The position numbers and the translations under genes are program-made. A stretch of 64,000 bases of DNA from assembly GCA_048268145.1 (NCBI GenBank), contig JBLWWC010000003.1, forward strand, positions 1,522 through 65,521, written 5' to 3'. This DNA is from Qipengyuania sp. (GTDB taxonomy: Bacteria; Pseudomonadota; Alphaproteobacteria; Sphingomonadales; Sphingomonadaceae). Below, piece by piece: positions 29,945-40,158 of the stretch (position 1 is its first letter; each line of letters starts with the position of its first letter). The notes beneath the pieces are model-generated. The model did no database searches. It had not been told where the DNA came from and was given only the letters and a program-made list of their open reading frames with translations.

Positions 29945-30770
29945 TGTCGAGCGGCGGTCGCAATGTCGACCAAGCCCGGCCTCCGCGCAAGGAGGTGAAC
30001 CAGCTTATCGGATTGAAATTGGTCGTCCCGTCGAGCGAGAATGTGATGAATTCCGCCCGGCCACCGATATTCTCGAGCGGGACAGGCCCGCCAAGGCCCT
30101 GCGCGAACACTTCGGCGCGGCTGTCGGCGGAATGATCGCGATTGTCGCCCATGACGAAGACATGGCCCGCTGGCACGGTGATCTCGTCATAATTGTCGAG
30201 CGTTTGCGTCATATGGTCGATGACCAGATAGCTTGCCCCGTTCGGCATGGTTTCACGCAGCACCGGCATGGCACAGGCACGCGTGCCATCGGGCTTGGTC
30301 ATCCGCATCCCCGGATAATCGCTCGGCGGGCAGGGCGCGTTGATGTCGATGGGAATTTCTATCGCCGGTTCAACTTCTTGCGGAACAGGTTTGCCATTGA
30401 GAATGATCTGTCCATCGTGCACGGCGATCCGGTCACCGGGCAGGGCGACGACACGCTTGATGTAATCCTCGTCGCGCGTGGGATGCACGGGAATGACGAT
30501 ATCGCCGTATTCGGGCGTCGCGGCCCACACGCGCCAGTCGCCACGCGGGGCGAGGTGAAAGCTGATCGATGACCAGTTCCAGCCATAGGGATATTTGCTG
30601 ACGATCAACCGGTCGCCCTTGATGAGGTTGGGCATCATGGAAGGGGAGGGAATATAGAACGGTTTGGCGATGAAGCTGTGGAAGGCCAGCACGGCCAGCA
30701 GCATCAGCGCCAGGCCGCGGATTTCCGCGAACCAGTTGATCGGTTCGTCGTCCTTCTTGGATTTGCTCAT
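29919..30770 (-). CDS. lepB: Signal peptidase I
   Basis: [32 protein letters not shown]. Confidence 0.95.
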   Translation of the reverse strand: MSKSKKDDEPINWFAEIRGLALMLLAVLAFHSFIAKPFYIPSPSMMPNLIKGDRLIVSKYPYGWNWSSISFHLAPRGDWRVWAATPEYGDIVIPVHPTRDEDYIKRVVALPGDRIAVHDGQIILNGKPVPQEVEPAIEIPIDINAPCPPSDYPGMRMTKPDGTRACAMPVLRETMPNGASYLVIDHMTQTLDNYDEITVPAGHVFVMGDNRDHSADSRAEVFAQGLGGPVPLENIGGRAEFITFSLDGTTNFNPISWFTSLRGGRAWSTLRPPLDNDGEGAGE

Positions 30771-31180
30771 TGTGCGTCGATTTTCGGAAAAGCCTCGATG
30801 ATCACGAAGGCCTGTGCCCAGGGATGATCGTCGGTGAGGGTCAGGTGGATGGTCGCCTCATGGCCTTCCGGCGTCATTTGCGCAAGCCGCTTCGCCGCGC
30901 CGCCCGCCAGTTGCAGCGTCGGCGCGCCGGATGGCGCGTTGACCACGCCGATATCCTTCATAAACACGCCGCGCTTGAAACCCGTGCCGACCGCCTTGGA
31001 GAACGCCTCCTTCGCGGCGAACCGCTTGGCATAGGTGCCCGCCATGGTGAAGGGCCGCCGCTGCGCCTTGGCGCGCTCGGTATCGGTAAAGACGCGGTTC
31101 TCGAAACGTTCGCCGAAACGGTCCAGAGAGTTCTGGATTCGCTCGATATTGCAGAGGTCGGAGCCAAGACCGATAATCAT
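30767..31180 (-). CDS. acpS: Holo-[ACP] synthase
   Basis: [27 protein letters not shown]. Confidence 0.95.
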   Translation of the reverse strand: MIIGLGSDLCNIERIQNSLDRFGERFENRVFTDTERAKAQRRPFTMAGTYAKRFAAKEAFSKAVGTGFKRGVFMKDIGVVNAPSGAPTLQLAGGAAKRLAQMTPEGHEATIHLTLTDDHPWAQAFVIIEAFPKIDAQ

Positions 31181-31192
31181 AGGGTGTATGCC

Positions 31193-31410
31193 TTTCGCGC
31201 GCTCATCCGAGCGCGCGTCCTCGGTGCTGTTCCTCCCTTCGGTCGGGCATCTGCGGGGCGGCCTCGTGGCCTTGCGATCGCTACGCGACCGATTTGGCAG
31301 TGCATATTTTCTGCCTGGTCACGGCAGTCAGCGCGCGACCGCGCGCCGCCGCTTTTGCGGCGAAGCCAAGCGGGCCGGATGGCCCGCGCCCGGCGTTTGA
31401 GGGTCGGAAC
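31193..31410. repeat. Composite palindromic intergenic element between pdxJ and acpS
   Basis: Perfect hairpins CGCGCGCTC-ATCC-GAGCGCGCG (31196-31217), CGCCGC-TTTT-GCGGCG (31347-31362), GCGGGCC-GGAT-GGCCCGC (31370-31387). Confidence 0.6.
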
Positions 31411-31418
31411 AAAAAACT

Positions 31419-32159
31419 TCACCGCGCCTCGTCCATCAGCTCGCGCATGCGGCGCACGGCGGCTTCCAGCCCGACGAACACCGCCTCGCCCACAAGGTAA
31501 TGCCCGATATTGAGTTCGGCGAGTTGGGGGATGGCGGCAATCGGCTGGACATTCTCATAGGTAAGTCCGTGCCCGGCATGCGGCTCGATCCCGTTCTTGG
31601 CGGCAAGGGCGGACATGTCGGCAATCCGCTTCAGTTCAGCAGCGGTCCTTTCGCGGTCGCCATCGAGATGGGCGTGGGCGTATTCACCGGTGTGGAATTC
31701 CACCACCGGCGCGCCCAGCCTGAGCGCGGCGTCGAGCTGGCGTTCGTGCGCTTCGATAAACAGGCTGACGCGGATATCCGCCTCGGTAAGCTGGCGTACG
31801 ATGGGGGCGAGCTGGTTGTGCAGCCCCGCCGCGTCGAACCCGCCTTCGGTCGTGCGTTCCTCACGCTTTTCCGGGACGATGCAGGCTGCGTGCGGTTTGT
31901 GCTCGAGCGCGATGGCGAGCATTTCCTCTGTCGCCGCCATTTCCAGGTTCAGCGGCAGGTCGGTCGCCGCCTGAATGCGCCGGAGGTCGGCATCGCGGAT
32001 GTGGCGACGATCTTCGCGCAGATGCGCGGTGATTCCGTCACCGCCGACCTCGGCCACGATCTCCGCCGCGCGCACCGGATCGGGATGGTCGCCGCCGCGC
32101 GCATTGCGAATGGTGGCGACGTGGTCGATATTGACCCCCAGGCGCAGGCGTTCGATCAT
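31419..32159 (-). CDS. pdxJ: Pyridoxine 5'-phosphate synthase
   Basis: LGVNIDHVATIRNARG, HLREDRRHI, HAGHGL, ELNIGH. Confidence 0.97.
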   Translation of the reverse strand: MIERLRLGVNIDHVATIRNARGGDHPDPVRAAEIVAEVGGDGITAHLREDRRHIRDADLRRIQAATDLPLNLEMAATEEMLAIALEHKPHAACIVPEKREERTTEGGFDAAGLHNQLAPIVRQLTEADIRVSLFIEAHERQLDAALRLGAPVVEFHTGEYAHAHLDGDRERTAAELKRIADMSALAAKNGIEPHAGHGLTYENVQPIAAIPQLAELNIGHYLVGEAVFVGLEAAVRRMRELMDEAR

Positions 32160-32162
32160 CGC

Positions 32163-32741
32163 CTATGCCCGGCTGCCGGGCTTGGTGATGTCGATTGCGG
32201 CCAGTTCGGCGGGAACTTCATCGTCTGCATAGGTCGGGAAGTTGATATCGATCAGCGGGAAGAAAGGCACGCCGAGATCGGCGGACCCGTTGCTGCGATC
32301 GACCAGCGCCACTTCGGCAATCACTTCCCCGCCTTCGCGCGCGACGGCGGCAATCGCCTCGCGACTGGAAAGGCCGGTGGTCACCACGTCTTCGACCATC
32401 AGCACTTTCGCGCCCGGTTCCAGCCGGAAGCCGCGGCGCAGGTGGAACTCGCCTTCGGGCCGTTCGAGGAACATCGCATCCTTGCCCAGCGCGCGCCCCA
32501 TTTCCTGGCCGATAATGATGCCTCCCATTGCCGGGCTGACCACCACATCGATCTGGCTGCGAATCTCGCGCGGGATCTTTTGTGCCAGCGCGCGTGCGAG
32601 ACGGTCGGCGCGTTCCGGGTTCATCAGCACGCGAGCGCATTGCAGGTAGTGCCCGCTGTGACGCCCGCTGGAAAGGAGGAAATGGCCTTCGAGCAGGGCT
32701 TCGCTGGCGCGGAATTCGGAGAGGATATCGTCTTCTGTCAT
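32163..32741 (-). CDS. pyrE: Orotate phosphoribosyltransferase
   Basis: GHFLLSSGRHS, VEDVVTTGLS PRPP motif; start MTEDDIL. Confidence 0.93.
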   Translation of the reverse strand: MTEDDILSEFRASEALLEGHFLLSSGRHSGHYLQCARVLMNPERADRLARALAQKIPREIRSQIDVVVSPAMGGIIIGQEMGRALGKDAMFLERPEGEFHLRRGFRLEPGAKVLMVEDVVTTGLSSREAIAAVAREGGEVIAEVALVDRSNGSADLGVPFFPLIDINFPTYADDEVPAELAAIDITKPGSRA

Positions 32742-32856
32742 GTCGCGCCTGCTCAAAGCCAATCCTTGCCCCATAAGCAAGCCTGTAATTACCCCCGCTT
32801 GTGGCCAAGTTGACGCGCAGGCAAAGAGGGTTGCGGATTTTTTGTGGGAAGGGCGC

Positions 32857-32885
32857 TTGAGGCGGCGAGAAACCCTGCCTATAGG
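32857..32885 (+). promoter_or_regulatory. Probable sigma70 promoter of the cox operon
   Basis: TTGAGG-N17-TATAGG about 100 bp upstream of coxB. Confidence 0.5.
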
Positions 32886-32985
32886 GCTGCCCAATCCGAA
32901 TTGCCGGTCGAACTGTGCCTTGCGTGCGTTCGACATCAAACCCAGGGCGGCTCTGGCCGCCGGTGACAAGCAGAGCGAATACAGC

Positions 32986-34062
32986 ATGTCCTTGACCCTC
33001 TTTGCCGATGCCCAGACCGCAGCAACCCGCGTGACCATGCGCCTTGCAGCGATTCTGACGGTCGCTTTCGCGGCGCTTTTCCTGGCCGGCGCGGCCATCG
33101 CGCAGGATGTTGCGAGCGTCGAAAACCCGACCGAACTGGACGAGGTGACCGTCGATCAGGAAGCCGCAGCCGACACCGCATCGGCCTACACCCCGATGGG
33201 CCCGGACATGATCAAGGGTCAGCCGACCGCCGGCGCGATGGATGTCCAGAAGCAGTATTCCGATATCGGCCAGCAGGCGTTCGGCCTTCATGTTGGCCTG
33301 GTCTGGGTGATGGCGATCATCAGCATTTTCGTGCTCGCTCTGCTGGTGCTTGTCATCGTGCGTTATAACCGCCGTGCCAACCCGACGCCCTCGCGCACCA
33401 CGCACAACACCGCTATCGAAGTCGTCTGGACGATCGTTCCCGCGCTCATTCTGGTGGCTATCGCGATCCCGTCGATCTCGCTGCTCGCTGCGCAGTACGA
33501 ATCGCCGCCGGAAGATGCGATCACCGTGAAGGTTGCCGGTGTGCAGTGGCACTGGGAATATGAATTCCCCGATCACGAAGTCAGCATCATCTCCAAGATG
33601 CTGAACGAGCCGGGCCAGGCGGAAGTGAATCCGGGCGTGCGCGAACTCGGTAGCGAACCGTGGGATGGCCCCGGCCAGCTCGAAGTCGACAACCGCCTTG
33701 TCCTGCCCGTGGGTGTTCCGCTGCGCATGCAGGTTACCGCGAACGACGTGATCCACTCCTTCGCCGTGCCCGCTTTGTGGTTCAAGATCGACGCGGTTCC
33801 CGGCCGCCTCAACGAACGCCTGCTCACCATTAACGAGCCGGGCATCTATTACGGCCAGTGTTCCGAACTGTGCGGTGTGAAGCATGGCTACATGCCGATC
33901 GCCATCGAAGCGCTGCCGCTGAATGAATGGCGCGCATGGGTGAGCGCGCAGGGTGGCAGCTTCCCCGAAGCTCGCGCCGCTGCCGAAGCCGCCGAAGCTG
34001 CGCCCGCATCCGACGATGCCGCTGCCGACGAGGCAGAAGCCGCTGCCGACACCGCAGCCTGA
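32986..34062 (+). CDS. coxB: Cytochrome c oxidase subunit II
   Basis: HNTAIEVVWT, QWHWEY, DVIHSF, CSELCGVKHGYMP CuA motif; start could be 33038. Confidence 0.95.
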   Translation: MSLTLFADAQTAATRVTMRLAAILTVAFAALFLAGAAIAQDVASVENPTELDEVTVDQEAAADTASAYTPMGPDMIKGQPTAGAMDVQKQYSDIGQQAFGLHVGLVWVMAIISIFVLALLVLVIVRYNRRANPTPSRTTHNTAIEVVWTIVPALILVAIAIPSISLLAAQYESPPEDAITVKVAGVQWHWEYEFPDHEVSIISKMLNEPGQAEVNPGVRELGSEPWDGPGQLEVDNRLVLPVGVPLRMQVTANDVIHSFAVPALWFKIDAVPGRLNERLLTINEPGIYYGQCSELCGVKHGYMPIAIEALPLNEWRAWVSAQGGSFPEARAAAEAAEAAPASDDAAADEAEAAADTAA

Positions 34063-34109
34063 ACCTGACAGAATTACGCCTGATACGCTTACGGAAGAGA
34101 TAGACCACG

Positions 34110-35834
34110 ATGGCCACCACCGCTGACAACTTCCAGGCCCATGCCGAAGACCATTCGCACGATCACGCCGATCACAAGCCCGGCTTCTTCGCGCGCTGGT
34201 TCATGTCCACCAACCATAAGGACATCGGCACACTCTACCTGATCTTCGCCATCTGCGCAGGGATCATCGGTGGCGGCATTTCCGGCATCATGCGTGCCGA
34301 ACTGGCCGAACCGGGCATCCAGATCCTCGACTTCTGGGTCGAATTCATGGGCGGCGAGGCGAGCTTCGACCAGAACGCCCATATGTGGAACGTGCTGATC
34401 ACTGCGCACGGCCTGATCATGGTGTTCTTCATGGTCATGCCCGCCATGATCGGCGGTTTCGGCAACTGGTTCGTGCCGCTGATGATCGGCGCGCCGGACA
34501 TGGCCTTCCCGCGTATGAACAACATCTCGTTCTGGCTGACCGTTGCCGGTTTCCTGAGCCTGATGTTCTCGATGTTCGTGCCGGGCGGCACGGGCAATGG
34601 CGCGGGGACGGGCTGGACGGTCTATGCCCCGCTGTCGACCTATGGTTCGCAAGGCCCCGCGGTCGACTTCGCGATCTTCTCGCTCCACCTTGCAGGTGCA
34701 GGCTCGATCCTTGGCGCGACCAACTTCATCACCACCATCTTCAACATGCGTGCGCCGGGCATGACCCTGCACAAGATGCCGCTGTTCGTGTGGTCGGTGC
34801 TGGTCACCGCCTTCCTGCTGCTGCTCGCGCTGCCGGTTCTCGCGGCTGCGATCACCATGCTGATCACCGACCGTAATTTCGGTACGACCTTCTTCGATCC
34901 GGCTGGCGGCGGCGATCCGGTGCTTTACCAGCACCTGTTCTGGTTCTTCGGCCACCCGGAAGTGTATATCATGATCCTGCCGGGCTTCGGCATGATCAGC
35001 CAGATCATCGCAACCTTCAGCCGCAAGCCGGTCTTCGGCTATCTCGGCATGGCCTATGCCATGGTTGCCATCGGTGTGGTCGGCTTCGTCGTCTGGGCGC
35101 ACCACATGTACACCGTGGGCATGGACGTGAACACGAAGATGTACTTCACCGCTGCGACGATGGTTATCGCCGTTCCGACGGGTGTGAAGATCTTCAGCTG
35201 GGTCGCCACGATGTGGGGCGGCTCCATCCAGTTCAAGTCGCCGATGGTTTGGGCCCTTGGCTTCATCTTCCTGTTCACCGTGGGCGGCGTCACCGGCGTC
35301 TACCTCGCCAATGGCGGCATCGACGATGTCGTGCACGACACCTATTTCGTGGTCGCGCACTTCCACTACGTGCTGTCGATGGGTGCGGTGTTCAGCCTGT
35401 TCGCCGGGTTCTACTACTGGTTCCCCAAGATGAGCGGCCGCTGGCACTCCGAACTGCTGAGCCACCTGCACTTCTGGGTGTTCTTCATCGGCGTGAACAT
35501 GATCTTCTTCCCGCAGCACTTCCTTGGTCTGCAGGGCATGCCGCGCCGTTACCCCGACTATACGGCGGCCTACAGCTACTGGAACGAAATCAGCTCGCTC
35601 GGCTATCATGTGATGGCAGGTTCGATGCTGATCTTCTTCGCCAACATCGCTTACGCGCTGGTCGCGGGCCGCAAGGCAGAAGCGAACTATTGGGGCGAAG
35701 GCGCGACGACGCTCGAATGGACGCTGTCGAGCCCGCCGCCCTATCACCAGTTCGAAACCCTGCCGGTGATCGAGGACCACCACGATTACCACAACCACCT
35801 GCCCAAGGGCGGTCAGGAACCGGCCAAGGCCTGA
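34110..35834 (+). CDS. ctaD: Cytochrome c oxidase subunit I (aa3)
   Basis: [26 protein letters not shown]. Confidence 0.98.
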   Translation: MATTADNFQAHAEDHSHDHADHKPGFFARWFMSTNHKDIGTLYLIFAICAGIIGGGISGIMRAELAEPGIQILDFWVEFMGGEASFDQNAHMWNVLITAHGLIMVFFMVMPAMIGGFGNWFVPLMIGAPDMAFPRMNNISFWLTVAGFLSLMFSMFVPGGTGNGAGTGWTVYAPLSTYGSQGPAVDFAIFSLHLAGAGSILGATNFITTIFNMRAPGMTLHKMPLFVWSVLVTAFLLLLALPVLAAAITMLITDRNFGTTFFDPAGGGDPVLYQHLFWFFGHPEVYIMILPGFGMISQIIATFSRKPVFGYLGMAYAMVAIGVVGFVVWAHHMYTVGMDVNTKMYFTAATMVIAVPTGVKIFSWVATMWGGSIQFKSPMVWALGFIFLFTVGGVTGVYLANGGIDDVVHDTYFVVAHFHYVLSMGAVFSLFAGFYYWFPKMSGRWHSELLSHLHFWVFFIGVNMIFFPQHFLGLQGMPRRYPDYTAAYSYWNEISSLGYHVMAGSMLIFFANIAYALVAGRKAEANYWGEGATTLEWTLSSPPPYHQFETLPVIEDHHDYHNHLPKGGQEPAKA

Positions 35835-35874
35835 TCGGGCGGCATCCGATCCGGCGAGAGCCAATCGAACACGC

Positions 35875-35900
35875 ACGGCCGACCCGCAAGGGTCGGTCGT
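35875..35900 (+). terminator. Hairpin after coxA, terminator-like
   Basis: ACGGCCGACCC-GCAA-GGGTCGGTCGT followed by TTG; GNRA loop. Confidence 0.5.
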
Positions 35901-35934
35901 TTGCTATGGGCGTTTGCTATGGGGACAGTGTGAA

Positions 35935-36897
35935 ATGGCCGAACTGACACAGATCGATACCGGCGATGCCAGCCTGCGCTGCGCGATCGAGGGCGACGGC
36001 GAACAGCTCGTCATCCTCGTCCATGGCTTTCCCGAAAGCTGGTATTCCTGGCGTCATCAGCTCGGCCCTCTGGCCGATGCCGGGTTCACCGCCTGCGCCA
36101 TCGATGTGCGCGGCTATGGCGGGTCGGACAAGCCGCAGCCGGTCGATGCCTATGCGATGCAGCATATCGTCGGCGATCTCGTCGGTCTCAGCGAAACGCT
36201 GCGTCCCGGCGGCCAGTCGATCCTGGTGGGGCATGACTGGGGCGCGCCCATCGTGTGGAACAGCGCCCTGACGCACCCGGAAACCTTCCGCGCGGTTGCC
36301 GGAATGGCCGTGCCGTTCGCCGGTGTGCCGCAGCGCCCTTTCACCGACATCTTCCGCGAAGCGTTCACCGATCAGGGCAAGTTCTTCTACCAGGAATATT
36401 TCCAGGAGCCGGGCATTGCCGAAGCCGAGGCCGAGGCGGACCCGCGCGATTTCGTCGGGCGGATGATGTATTCGATCAGCGGCGATGTCCCGCCGGGAAA
36501 TTACTGGGACAAACCGCTGGGTGCGACCTTCCTTGAAGGTTTGCCCGACCCGCAGCCCATGGCATGGCTGAGCACGGCGGACCTCGATTATTACGAACGC
36601 GAATTTCGCGCCTCGGGCTTTCGCGGCCCGCTCAACCGCTATCGCAACCACGAAGCCGATTACGAATGGCTGCAGGGCTGGAACGGCCAGCGGATCGAAC
36701 AGCCCGCGCTGTTCATCGGTGGCGAACGCGATCCGGCGACGTTCCTGTTCGGCGCGGTTCAGGACCCGGTGGCGCTGATGCGCATGTTCGCGCCGCAGGT
36801 CGAAGGGCATATCCTTCCCGGGATCGGCCACTGGACACAGCAGGAAGCGCCCGATGAGGTGAACCGCCTGCTGCTGGACTGGATTAAGCGGGTCTGA
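35935..36897 (+). CDS. Alpha/beta hydrolase, epoxide-hydrolase-like
   Basis: VHGFPESWYSWRHQ, VGHDWGAP, GPLNRYRN, GHWTQQE. Confidence 0.9.
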   Translation: MAELTQIDTGDASLRCAIEGDGEQLVILVHGFPESWYSWRHQLGPLADAGFTACAIDVRGYGGSDKPQPVDAYAMQHIVGDLVGLSETLRPGGQSILVGHDWGAPIVWNSALTHPETFRAVAGMAVPFAGVPQRPFTDIFREAFTDQGKFFYQEYFQEPGIAEAEAEADPRDFVGRMMYSISGDVPPGNYWDKPLGATFLEGLPDPQPMAWLSTADLDYYEREFRASGFRGPLNRYRNHEADYEWLQGWNGQRIEQPALFIGGERDPATFLFGAVQDPVALMRMFAPQVEGHILPGIGHWTQQEAPDEVNRLLLDWIKRV

Positions 36898-36928
36898 GCG
36901 CGTATAGCCCGCGCAGAAACGAATCCTC

Positions 36929-37849
36929 ATGACCGACGCTGTTTCCTCCACCCAGCTCCCCACGGACTGGCGCGACTTCTTCGCGCTGACCAAGCCGCGC
37001 GTGATGAGCCTGGTGATCTTCACCGGCCTATGCGGCCTGCTGGCTGCGCCCGGATCGATCCATCCGGTGATCGGCTTTACCGCCGTATTGTGCATCGCGC
37101 TCGGTGCTGGCGGTGCAGCAGCGCTCAACCAGTGGTGGGAAGCCGATATCGATGCGGGGATGAAGCGCACCGCTGCGCGGCCGCTCCCTGCCGGGCGGAT
37201 GAACCGCACCGATGCGCGCGATTTCGGCATCGCGATCTGTGCAGCCTCGGTGTTCGTGATGGCGGTGGGCGTGAATTATCTCGCCGCGGCCATCCTGCTG
37301 ATCTCGATCATCTATTACGCAGTGGTCTACACCATCTGGCTCAAGCCGCGCACGCCGCAGAACATCGTCATCGGCGGCGGGGCAGGGGCCTTCCCCCCGG
37401 TCATCGGGTGGGTCGCGGTGACGGGCGAGATCACGCTGATGCCGGTGCTGCTCTTCGCGATCATCTTTATGTGGACGCCGCCGCATTTCTGGGCGCTCGC
37501 GCTGTTCGTCCAGTCGGATTACGCCAAGGTCGGCATCCCGATGATGCCGGTGGTGAAGGGCGAAAGGTCCACGCGCCGCCAGATCCTGATCTACTCCGTG
37601 CTGCTGCTGCCCATTGCCGCTGCACCGTGGCTGATCGGCGGGACCGGCGCGATATATGGGATTGCGGCCATTGCGCTGTCGCTTGCCTTTCTTGCGCTTT
37701 CGCTTCCCGTGGCTTTCCGCCATACGGGTGAGGGTGACACCATGCGCCCGGAAAAGCGCCTGTTCGGCTTCAGCGTGCTGTATCTGTTTGCGCTGTTTGC
37801 CGCGCTGGTCGCCGACCGTGTGCTGGCCCAGAATGGAGTGATCCTGTGA
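36929..37849 (+). CDS. cyoE: Heme o synthase (protoheme IX farnesyltransferase)
   Basis: [41 protein letters not shown]. Confidence 0.96.
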   Translation: MTDAVSSTQLPTDWRDFFALTKPRVMSLVIFTGLCGLLAAPGSIHPVIGFTAVLCIALGAGGAAALNQWWEADIDAGMKRTAARPLPAGRMNRTDARDFGIAICAASVFVMAVGVNYLAAAILLISIIYYAVVYTIWLKPRTPQNIVIGGGAGAFPPVIGWVAVTGEITLMPVLLFAIIFMWTPPHFWALALFVQSDYAKVGIPMMPVVKGERSTRRQILIYSVLLLPIAAAPWLIGGTGAIYGIAAIALSLAFLALSLPVAFRHTGEGDTMRPEKRLFGFSVLYLFALFAALVADRVLAQNGVIL

Positions 37850-37965
37850 CCCCGCAAGAAGAAACCGAATATCGCCGCCGGCAAAAGAGCCGTAATCTCG
37901 TGTTGGGCGGTATCCTGCTGTTCTTCGCCTTCCTGTTCTATTTCATCACCATCGCCCGGATGTAG
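37846..37965 (+). CDS. 39-aa single-TM protein of alphaproteobacterial cox operons (CoxF-like)
   Basis: GTGA overlap with cyoE stop; [39 protein letters not shown]; below the ORF-track cutoff. Confidence 0.75.
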   Translation: MTPQEETEYRRRQKSRNLVLGGILLFFAFLFYFITIARM

Positions 37966-37988
37966 GGCATCAGCCGAACGAGGACAGT

Positions 37989-38567
37989 GTGACCAGCGCC
38001 GCCGCCCCTCTCGAAAGCCGCAAGACGCGCACGGCGATGTTCGCGCTCGCCGGTGCGCTGTTCATGCTCGGCCTCGGCTATGCCGCCGTACCGCTTTACG
38101 ACCTGTTCTGCCGCGTCACCGGCTTTGGCGGGACGACCCAGCGGGCCAGCGAAGCCGACGCCGATCTGGCCGCGCGCTTTGCCGCCAGCGCGGGCGCGCC
38201 GACGATTTCGATCCGCTTCGATTCGTCGACCGCACGCGGCATGCCCTGGACCTTCAAGCCGGAAAACACCGTCGACACGGTCCAGTTCGGCCAGCGCGAC
38301 ATGGCGTTCTACACCGCGCGCAACGATTCCGATGAACCGATCACCGGCATGGCGAGCTACAATGTCGAGCCCGAACAGGCCGGACGCTATTTCAACAAGA
38401 TCCAGTGCTTCTGCTTCACCGAACAGACGTTGCAGCCGGGGCAGGAAGTGCGCATGCCGGTGCTGTTCTATGTCGATCCGGCGGCACTGGACGATCCCAA
38501 TATGAAGGGTGTCGAACAGATCACCCTCAGCTACACTTTCCACCGACAGCAGGGCGAAGGGTCCTAA
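37989..38567 (+). CDS. ctaG: Cytochrome c oxidase Cu chaperone CtaG/Cox11
   Basis: YAAVPLYDLFCRVTGFGGT, YFNKIQCFCF. Confidence 0.95.
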   Translation: MTSAAAPLESRKTRTAMFALAGALFMLGLGYAAVPLYDLFCRVTGFGGTTQRASEADADLAARFAASAGAPTISIRFDSSTARGMPWTFKPENTVDTVQFGQRDMAFYTARNDSDEPITGMASYNVEPEQAGRYFNKIQCFCFTEQTLQPGQEVRMPVLFYVDPAALDDPNMKGVEQITLSYTFHRQQGEGS

Positions 38568-38635
38568 CCCTCTGGACCCGGCGCAATCGGCCCTCTAAGG
38601 GCTTCGACGCAAGACCAACAGGACGCAAGAGAACC

Positions 38636-39457
38636 ATGGCCGGCAACGTCAACCACGACTATCACATCCTCGAACCCGATATCTGGCCGCTGGTCGGCTC
38701 GATGGCGGCGCTTACCTTTACCTCGGGCATGGTGCTTTACATGCACGAAATGCCCAGCGCGCATCTCGTGCTGGGCGTGGGCATTGCGCTTTTGATCGCG
38801 ACGTTCTTCGCGTGGTTCTCCAACATCGTGAAAGAGGCGCAGCGCGGCGATCACACGCCGGTGGTGCAGCTCCACATGCGCTACGGGATGATCCTGTTCA
38901 TCGCGTCGGAAGTGATGTTCTTCGTCGGCTGGTTCTGGAGCTGGTTCGATTTCGCCCTGTTCCCCAGCGCGGTGTCCGAAGTGGTCGGCGGCCAGTTCCC
39001 GCCCGCCGCGATTGAGGCGGTGCTCGACCCGTTCTCGCTCCCGCTGCTTAACACGCTGATCCTGCTGTGTTCGGGTACGACCGTTACCTGGGCGCACCAT
39101 TCGCTGATCCATGGGGACCGCGAAGGCCTCAAGAAGGGCCTGTGGGCGACCATCCTGCTCGGCGTGCTGTTCACCTGCATCCAGGCCTATGAATACAGCG
39201 TCGCCCCGTTCGCATTCGGCGGCAACACCTATTCCTCGGCCTTCTACATGGCGACCGGTTTCCACGGCTTCCACGTGCTGGTCGGCACGATCTTCCTGAT
39301 CGTCTGCCTCGTTCGGGCGAATAAGGGCCACTTCACACCGCGCCAGCATTTCGGCTTCGAAGCGGCTGCGTGGTACTGGCACTTCGTCGATGTCGTGTGG
39401 CTGTTCCTCTTCGTCTCGGTTTATGTCTGGGGCGGTTGGGGTGCGCCGACGCACTGA
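38636..39457 (+). CDS. ctaE: Cytochrome c oxidase subunit III
   Basis: LFIASEVMFF, TWAHH, TGFHGFHV, WYWHFVDVVW. Confidence 0.96.
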   Translation: MAGNVNHDYHILEPDIWPLVGSMAALTFTSGMVLYMHEMPSAHLVLGVGIALLIATFFAWFSNIVKEAQRGDHTPVVQLHMRYGMILFIASEVMFFVGWFWSWFDFALFPSAVSEVVGGQFPPAAIEAVLDPFSLPLLNTLILLCSGTTVTWAHHSLIHGDREGLKKGLWATILLGVLFTCIQAYEYSVAPFAFGGNTYSSAFYMATGFHGFHVLVGTIFLIVCLVRANKGHFTPRQHFGFEAAAWYWHFVDVVWLFLFVSVYVWGGWGAPTH

Positions 39458-39525
39458 TGCCGACAGGCACAATCGAAACACGCGAGGGGCAGCCTGGTTA
39501 CGATCCGGCTGCCCTTTGCATTTGA
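39457..39525 (+). pseudogene. Probable relic of a DUF983-family gene
   Basis: TGATG-coupled 22-codon ORF MPTGTIETREGQPGYDPAALCI at the usual DUF983 position between coxC and SURF1; contains hairpin GGGCAGCC-N12-GGCTGCCC-TTT. Confidence 0.4.
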
Positions 39526-39534
39526 GGACCAGCA

Positions 39535-40110
39535 ATGCGCATCCCCGTCATCCCCACGATCATCGTCGCCGCCGCGATTGCGGTGATGATCCGGCTCGGC
39601 TTCTGGCAACTGGACCGCGCAGAAGAGAAAGAGGCGCTGATCGCGCGAGCGCAACAGTCGGCGCGCATGTCCTCCGAAGTGCGCTATCGCACGCCGATCA
39701 GCGAGGATGACGAACTGCTCTATCGCCGGACCAGCGTGAACTGCACCACAGTGCTCGAACGAAATGCCGTGGCCGGGACGAGCGAGCGCGGCGCAAAGGG
39801 CTGGGCACACCGCATGACCTGCGCGCTCGCAGGCGGCGGCGAGGCGGTGATCGATATCGGCTTTGCGCGCGAACCCAAGCCGGTCGAGTGGAACGGGGGC
39901 AAGGTTCGCGGGACCATCGCACCCGGTGGCAGGATCGTCGCTGCCATGCCGATTGCCGGGCTGGAACCGCTGGCCCGCCCCGACCCGCGCGATCTGCCAA
40001 ACAACCACCTTGCCTATGTGGGCCAGTGGTTCCTCTTCGCGCTGACGGCGCTGGTGATCTATATCCTGGCGCTGCGGCGGCGCAGGCGCACGCCCGCTTC
40101 ACCCTCTTAA
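39535..40110 (+). CDS. SURF1 family protein
   Basis: LGFWQLDRAEEK, NNHLAYVGQWF. Confidence 0.9.
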   Translation: MRIPVIPTIIVAAAIAVMIRLGFWQLDRAEEKEALIARAQQSARMSSEVRYRTPISEDDELLYRRTSVNCTTVLERNAVAGTSERGAKGWAHRMTCALAGGGEAVIDIGFAREPKPVEWNGGKVRGTIAPGGRIVAAMPIAGLEPLARPDPRDLPNNHLAYVGQWFLFALTALVIYILALRRRRRTPASPS

Positions 40111-40158
40111 ATCACCGCTTCCTTGCTCGCGCGCGCACATAACGCTACCCGCCCGAAG

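Noticed and set aside
34089-35876. Long antisense ORFs (for example 34089-35876, 7165-8781, 21109-22788, 56772-58553, 59395-61140, 32218-33885)
   Set aside because: Shadow frames of genuine high-GC genes; no motifs or RBS, and the opposite strand carries well-recognised proteins
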